Part shown: positions 59,573 through 61,854 of the stretch, one piece after another | Numbering within the stretch: the stretch's first letter is position 1 | Layout of the letters: every line of letters starts with the position of its first letter | NCBI GenBank assembly: GCA_902607475.1 | Contig: CACLKH010000004.1 | Coordinates: forward strand, 1-61,854 | DNA from: an uncultured Alphaproteobacteria bacterium | GTDB lineage: Bacteria > Pseudomonadota > Alphaproteobacteria > GCA-002720895 | Length of the DNA stretch: 61,854 nt | Direction of reading: 5' to 3' | Translations under genes and position numbers: made by a program | The notes under the pieces: model-generated | Database searches by the model: none | The model's input: the letters and a program-made list of their open reading frames with translations, nothing else | What the model was told of the DNA's origin: nothing

Positions 59573-59608
59573 CTGACAATTGACTGACAATTTTTGCTCA
59601 AAACATAG
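59573..59608 (+). repeat. arm box B (CTGACAATT-ga-CTGACAATT-TTTGCTCAAAACATAG)
   Basis: Direct 9-mer doublet. The last 21 nt are identical to the last 21 nt of the window. Confidence 0.8.
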
Positions 59609-59638
59609 TCAATTCATCAACCATGAAAAATTAGCCCT

Positions 59639-59756
59639 GAAGAAAAAACGTTGGAAACATTGAGATTTTTGGTGGAGCTAGACGGGATCGAACCGACGAC
59701 CTCTTCACTGCCAGCGAAGCGCCCATTTATCAAAATTTCAATCTATACTTAGCTTT
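59639..59756 (-). repeat. att-like repeat copy 3: tRNA-Ala(GGC) 3' fragment (positions 22-76 at 59670-59724) with both flanks
   Basis: Shares the CCA-distal flank with copy 1 and the 32-nt non-tRNA arm with copy 2. No 5' acceptor or D arm can be folded. Confidence 0.85.
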
Positions 59757-59778
59757 TTTAAACTAAACAAAAAGTTAC

Positions 59779-59810
59779 GGCACAATTACGACACAATTTT
59801 TCTTAAAAAC
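59779..59810 (+). repeat. arm box C (GGCACAATT-ac-GACACAATT-TTTCTTAAAAAC)
   Basis: Degenerate copy of the doublet-plus-tail structure, about 55 nt right of the tRNA part of copy 3. Confidence 0.7.
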
Positions 59811-59832
59811 TCCTGATCCGTGATACGGGATT
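59811..59832 (-). promoter_or_regulatory. flavour-2 element (reverse complement), overlaps the stop codon of 59831-60607
   Basis: TCCTGATCCGTGATACGGGATT on the + strand. Confidence 0.45.
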
Positions 59833-60607
59833 AACAATAACCAGCAATACAAAGACCTTGGTACATTTGCATGAGGCTATTATGCAAATTTTGTTGTCTC
59901 ATTGCTTCATATTGTTGTATGGCTTGTTGTCTTTGTAATTCTTGCATTGCTCTTTGTTGTTCAGAAACTTGTGATTGATACCTAGAATTTATTTCTGCTC
60001 TTTTTTGAGCATCAATTTGCGCTTGTTGTATTGCTAGCTCTTTAACTTTTAAAATACATTCGCCAAATTTTTCTGTACCTTCTTTGAATCCGTATTTTTT
60101 ACAAGTATTAAAAAAATCTTGATCATTATTAAGATTAATAACATTTTGTGTCTGTTGTTGTTTTAGAACAGGTTGTTTGGTTTGTTTTTTTTCATCAGCA
60201 ACAACAACGCCAGGAAAATGTGTGGGATTTTTTCTAATAAATTCTATAATTTGTTTTTTACTTTGCTCACCTACGTAATAATCACCTTGCATTGTTAAAA
60301 CACAAGCCTGATTAGCTTTTGTTTCTTTTGCTTTTCTGCATTTATCAACTGCGCCTTCATTTGCTGCCTTTTGTGATCTGGAATCTACATATTGCCCATA
60401 TGGATTTTCATGAAACATTCCAGCATAAGGTCCTGTTGTCCATATAGCTCTTGCCTGAGCTCTAAATTTTCCTTTACTCTTACGAAACTTCCATGAATAT
60501 GGGGAGCCTTGATAAGATTCATATACATACTGCAAAGATTTAGCAGAGTGAAATGGAGTTATCATCCAACTAAATAATATAACTAAAAACAAAAGCAAAT
60601 ATTTCAT
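59831..60607 (-). CDS. exported protein with Gln-rich coiled-coil C-terminus, function unknown
   Basis: 258 aa with a signal peptide. N-domain with paired Cys (DKCRKA...ACVLTMQG). CKKYGFKEGTEKFGEC motif. QQAQIDAQKRAE...QQRAMQELQRQQAIQQYEAMRQQ. Ends ...CIAGYC. Confidence 0.5.
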   Translation of the reverse strand: MKYLLLFLVILFSWMITPFHSAKSLQYVYESYQGSPYSWKFRKSKGKFRAQARAIWTTGPYAGMFHENPYGQYVDSRSQKAANEGAVDKCRKAKETKANQACVLTMQGDYYVGEQSKKQIIEFIRKNPTHFPGVVVADEKKQTKQPVLKQQQTQNVINLNNDQDFFNTCKKYGFKEGTEKFGECILKVKELAIQQAQIDAQKRAEINSRYQSQVSEQQRAMQELQRQQAIQQYEAMRQQNLHNSLMQMYQGLCIAGYC

Positions 60608-60656
60608 ATCAAATCATTCAATTCACTATATATTTATGCTATAATAAACATTACAA

Positions 60657-60950
60657 ATGTTAAGGGTTTTTTACATACTCTTTTATTTTGTAATTGTATT
60701 TTTCATTACTGCTAATAAAGAAACACAAGCAGCTTGCACATGCGAGTGTGTTAATGGTAGAAGTGTTCCTATATGTTCTAGTACTATGGATCTTCCACCA
60801 TTTTGTTCACAAATGTGCCCACTTAATCCATCGCAACTTCAACCTCTTGGAAGAAATAATCTACCTCCTTTAGGAACAAGAAATTGTGAATTTATGCAAG
60901 TATACAATCCGGTTACTCATATATATGAATGGAAAAACGTTTGTTACTAA
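60657..60950 (+). CDS. small Cys-rich secreted protein
   Basis: 97 aa. Signal peptide plus 8 Cys (CTCECVNG...PICS...PFCSQMCP...C...VCY). Confidence 0.45.
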   Translation: MLRVFYILFYFVIVFFITANKETQAACTCECVNGRSVPICSSTMDLPPFCSQMCPLNPSQLQPLGRNNLPPLGTRNCEFMQVYNPVTHIYEWKNVCY

Positions 60951-60968
60951 AATAAGTGAACCAATGAT

Positions 60969-60990
60969 TCCTGATCCGTGATACGGGATT
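60969..60990 (-). promoter_or_regulatory. flavour-2 element (reverse complement) between convergent genes
   Basis: TCCTGATCCGTGATACGGGATT, 19 nt 3' of the stop of 61010-61450. Confidence 0.45.
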
Positions 60991-61009
60991 ATTATTTCTT
61001 CTTATAAAA

Positions 61010-61450
61010 TTATCCACCACATAAACGTCTTATATCTCTAATTTGCTCTTTCCAGGAGGATGTAAGTAGTACTTTATGTTTATAATTGTAATATCCCTCA
61101 TGAGCATTTCTATCCCCAGCGGCAAACATCAAAGTAGCTGCTTTTGCTTTCGCATCTATTTGTTTCATTCTATTATTTAGAATATCTATTTGTGATTGAT
61201 GATGATTCAGTTCGTATTTACGAGCCAATTCTTTTTCTCTTTCCCATTCACAATCTGCTTCATCCGTCATAATGGTCATACTGCCTTGATAAGCAACAAT
61301 TTCTATACATTTTTCTGTTCCTGGCTGATCCCCATAAACATATCCAAATAATTCTTTTTTGTAATCCATTACGCTAGTACAAATCTTAGGTAAAGCAAAA
61401 GTTGTATGAACCGGGAAAAGGAGAAGAAGTATGACTAAGAGTTTTTTCAT
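61010..61450 (-). CDS. exported hypothetical protein
   Basis: 146 aa with a signal peptide, 4-5 Cys, and a central coiled-coil-like segment. Its start overlaps the stop of the upstream gene (ATGA). Confidence 0.5.
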   Translation of the reverse strand: MKKLLVILLLLFPVHTTFALPKICTSVMDYKKELFGYVYGDQPGTEKCIEIVAYQGSMTIMTDEADCEWEREKELARKYELNHHQSQIDILNNRMKQIDAKAKAATLMFAAGDRNAHEGYYNYKHKVLLTSSWKEQIRDIRRLCGG

Positions 61451-61785
61451 TTACTTGCGTGACAACTATCCAATTTCCATTCCAAAGATTTGTTTTTATA
61501 GACACCTTTCCCAAGAGTTTTTACGCAACTCTTTACACTTTCATTTTGTTTTTCTAATCTTTCATGTGCATATGAATCTTCATATACACTCTCAGGTGTG
61601 TCATTTTCAGAACTTTTAAAAAAATTATAAAGGAAAGCAATAATTCCGAGAAGGATTATTGCAAAAATATATTCTTTGGGATCTTTCCATGGATTCCAAA
61701 AAGTTCTTGAACCACAATGTGGACATGATTTAGCGCTCTTAGACATTTCTCTATTACAATCTTTGCATTTTATTAAATTTCCCAT
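61447..61785 (-). CDS. zinc-ribbon membrane protein
   Basis: Start moved to MGNLIKCKDCNREMSKSAKSCPHCGS (CxxC...CxxC ribbon) followed by one TM helix. The tracked ORF extension (to 61836) covers the promoter-like element. Confidence 0.55.
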   Translation of the reverse strand: MGNLIKCKDCNREMSKSAKSCPHCGSRTFWNPWKDPKEYIFAIILLGIIAFLYNFFKSSENDTPESVYEDSYAHERLEKQNESVKSCVKTLGKGVYKNKSLEWKLDSCHASK

Positions 61786-61791
61786 ACCAAA

Positions 61792-61818
61792 ATTATAGCA
61801 CCGTGATCCGTGATTTTC
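61792..61818 (-). promoter_or_regulatory. flavour-1 element (minus strand): AAAATCACGGATCACGGTGCTATAAT
   Basis: TGcTATAAT ends 6 nt before the ATG at 61785. Confidence 0.5.
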
Positions 61819-61854
61819 GACACAATTACGACACAATTTTTGCTCAAAACATAG
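61818..61854 (+). repeat. arm box D (CGACACAATT-a-CGACACAATT-TTTGCTCAAAACATAG), truncated by the window end
   Basis: Same architecture as box B, which lies 61 nt before tRNA fragment copy 3. Confidence 0.8.

Larger units (their letters stand above)
57340..59669 (+). mobile_element. putative tRNA-bounded genomic islet B (four pilin genes, no recombinase)
   Basis: Bounded by repeat copies 2 and 3. Arm boxes are present at both ends. Confidence 0.55.
59725..61854 (-). mobile_element. putative tRNA-bounded genomic islet A (small secreted/Cys-rich proteins; right end beyond the window)
   Basis: Starts at repeat copy 3 and ends in arm box D at the window edge. The cargo module is inverted relative to islet B. 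Confidence 0.5.

Noticed and set aside
53780-59756. The GCTCCACCA-ending repeats as the acceptor piece of an alphaproteobacterial two-piece (permuted) tmRNA gene
   Set aside because: The segment upstream of the T arm folds as a normal tRNA anticodon arm with anticodon GGC, so it derives from tRNA-Ala. Downstream of the CCA there is only an imperfect AGGGCTA acceptor match. No conserved tag reading frame ending in hydrophobic residues is present, and that region varies between copies.
57425-61814. Similarity between the 11-mer core (GATCCGT) and the tRNA T arm (GATCCCGT) as evidence for secondary att sites
   Set aside because: It is only a 7-8-nt match with an indel, too weak to stand as evidence. 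It is mentioned as a hypothesis but not claimed.
61786-61836. Upstream start (61836) for the zinc-ribbon ORF
   Set aside because: The extra 17 codons are the translated flavour-1 repeat element. The same element precedes the pilin genes as non-coding DNA, with identical 6-nt spacing to their ATGs.
53751-61854. Classical integron cassette array
   Set aside because: No intI-like gene is present. The intergenic repeats lack the RYYYAAC / GTTRRRY attC core pairs. Cassettes carry their own promoter-like elements and occur in both orientations. The boundaries are tRNA fragments instead.
1-61854. Prophage, IS element, restriction-modification, toxin-antitoxin, CRISPR-Cas or other named defence systems
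   Set aside because: I read all tracked ORFs and the larger intergenic gaps on both strands. I found no transposase, integrase, capsid/terminase/portal, methyltransferase/endonuclease, cas or classic TA signature. Absence by eye is not proof, and profile searches should confirm it.

Overview
Very AT-rich, tightly packed chromosome segment with many ATGA/TAATG start-stop overlaps and Lys/Ile/Asn-rich proteins. Gene content and order are alphaproteobacterial: ffh-rpsP, dapF-mtaB-ftsY-yciB, carD-fdxA, and ccmABCDEFGH. I infer a streamlined marine lineage such as Pelagibacterales/SAR11; this is not proven. Positions 1-43.8 kb are core housekeeping genes: SRP, lysine/arginine/folate/purine/heme synthesis, aconitase, acetyl-CoA synthetase, cytochrome c maturation, and LPS core/O-antigen genes. 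Positions 43.8-53.7 kb are mostly exported proteins and lipoproteins, peptidases, and an MntX-like/MntR pair. The notable part is 53.75-61.85 kb. Three direct repeats of the 3' part of a tRNA-Ala(GGC) gene split it into three small cargo-only islands: a metal-uptake module, four type IV pilin paralogues, and small secreted/Cys-rich proteins. No recombinase is visible in any island. The repeats have attP-like arm boxes. Nested inside the islands is a second repeat layer, an 11-mer core in a 5' promoter-like flavour and a 3' flavour, that brackets cargo modules in either orientation. The window ends inside the sequence that normally precedes the next tRNA repeat, so the array continues beyond it. 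Three small genes missing from the ORF track were recovered by hand: ccmD, a DUF1674/SDHAF4-like ORF, and a CWC Cys-rich ORF. An edge-truncated rpsP was also recovered. No rRNA, intact tRNA, CRISPR, transposase or phage genes were seen.
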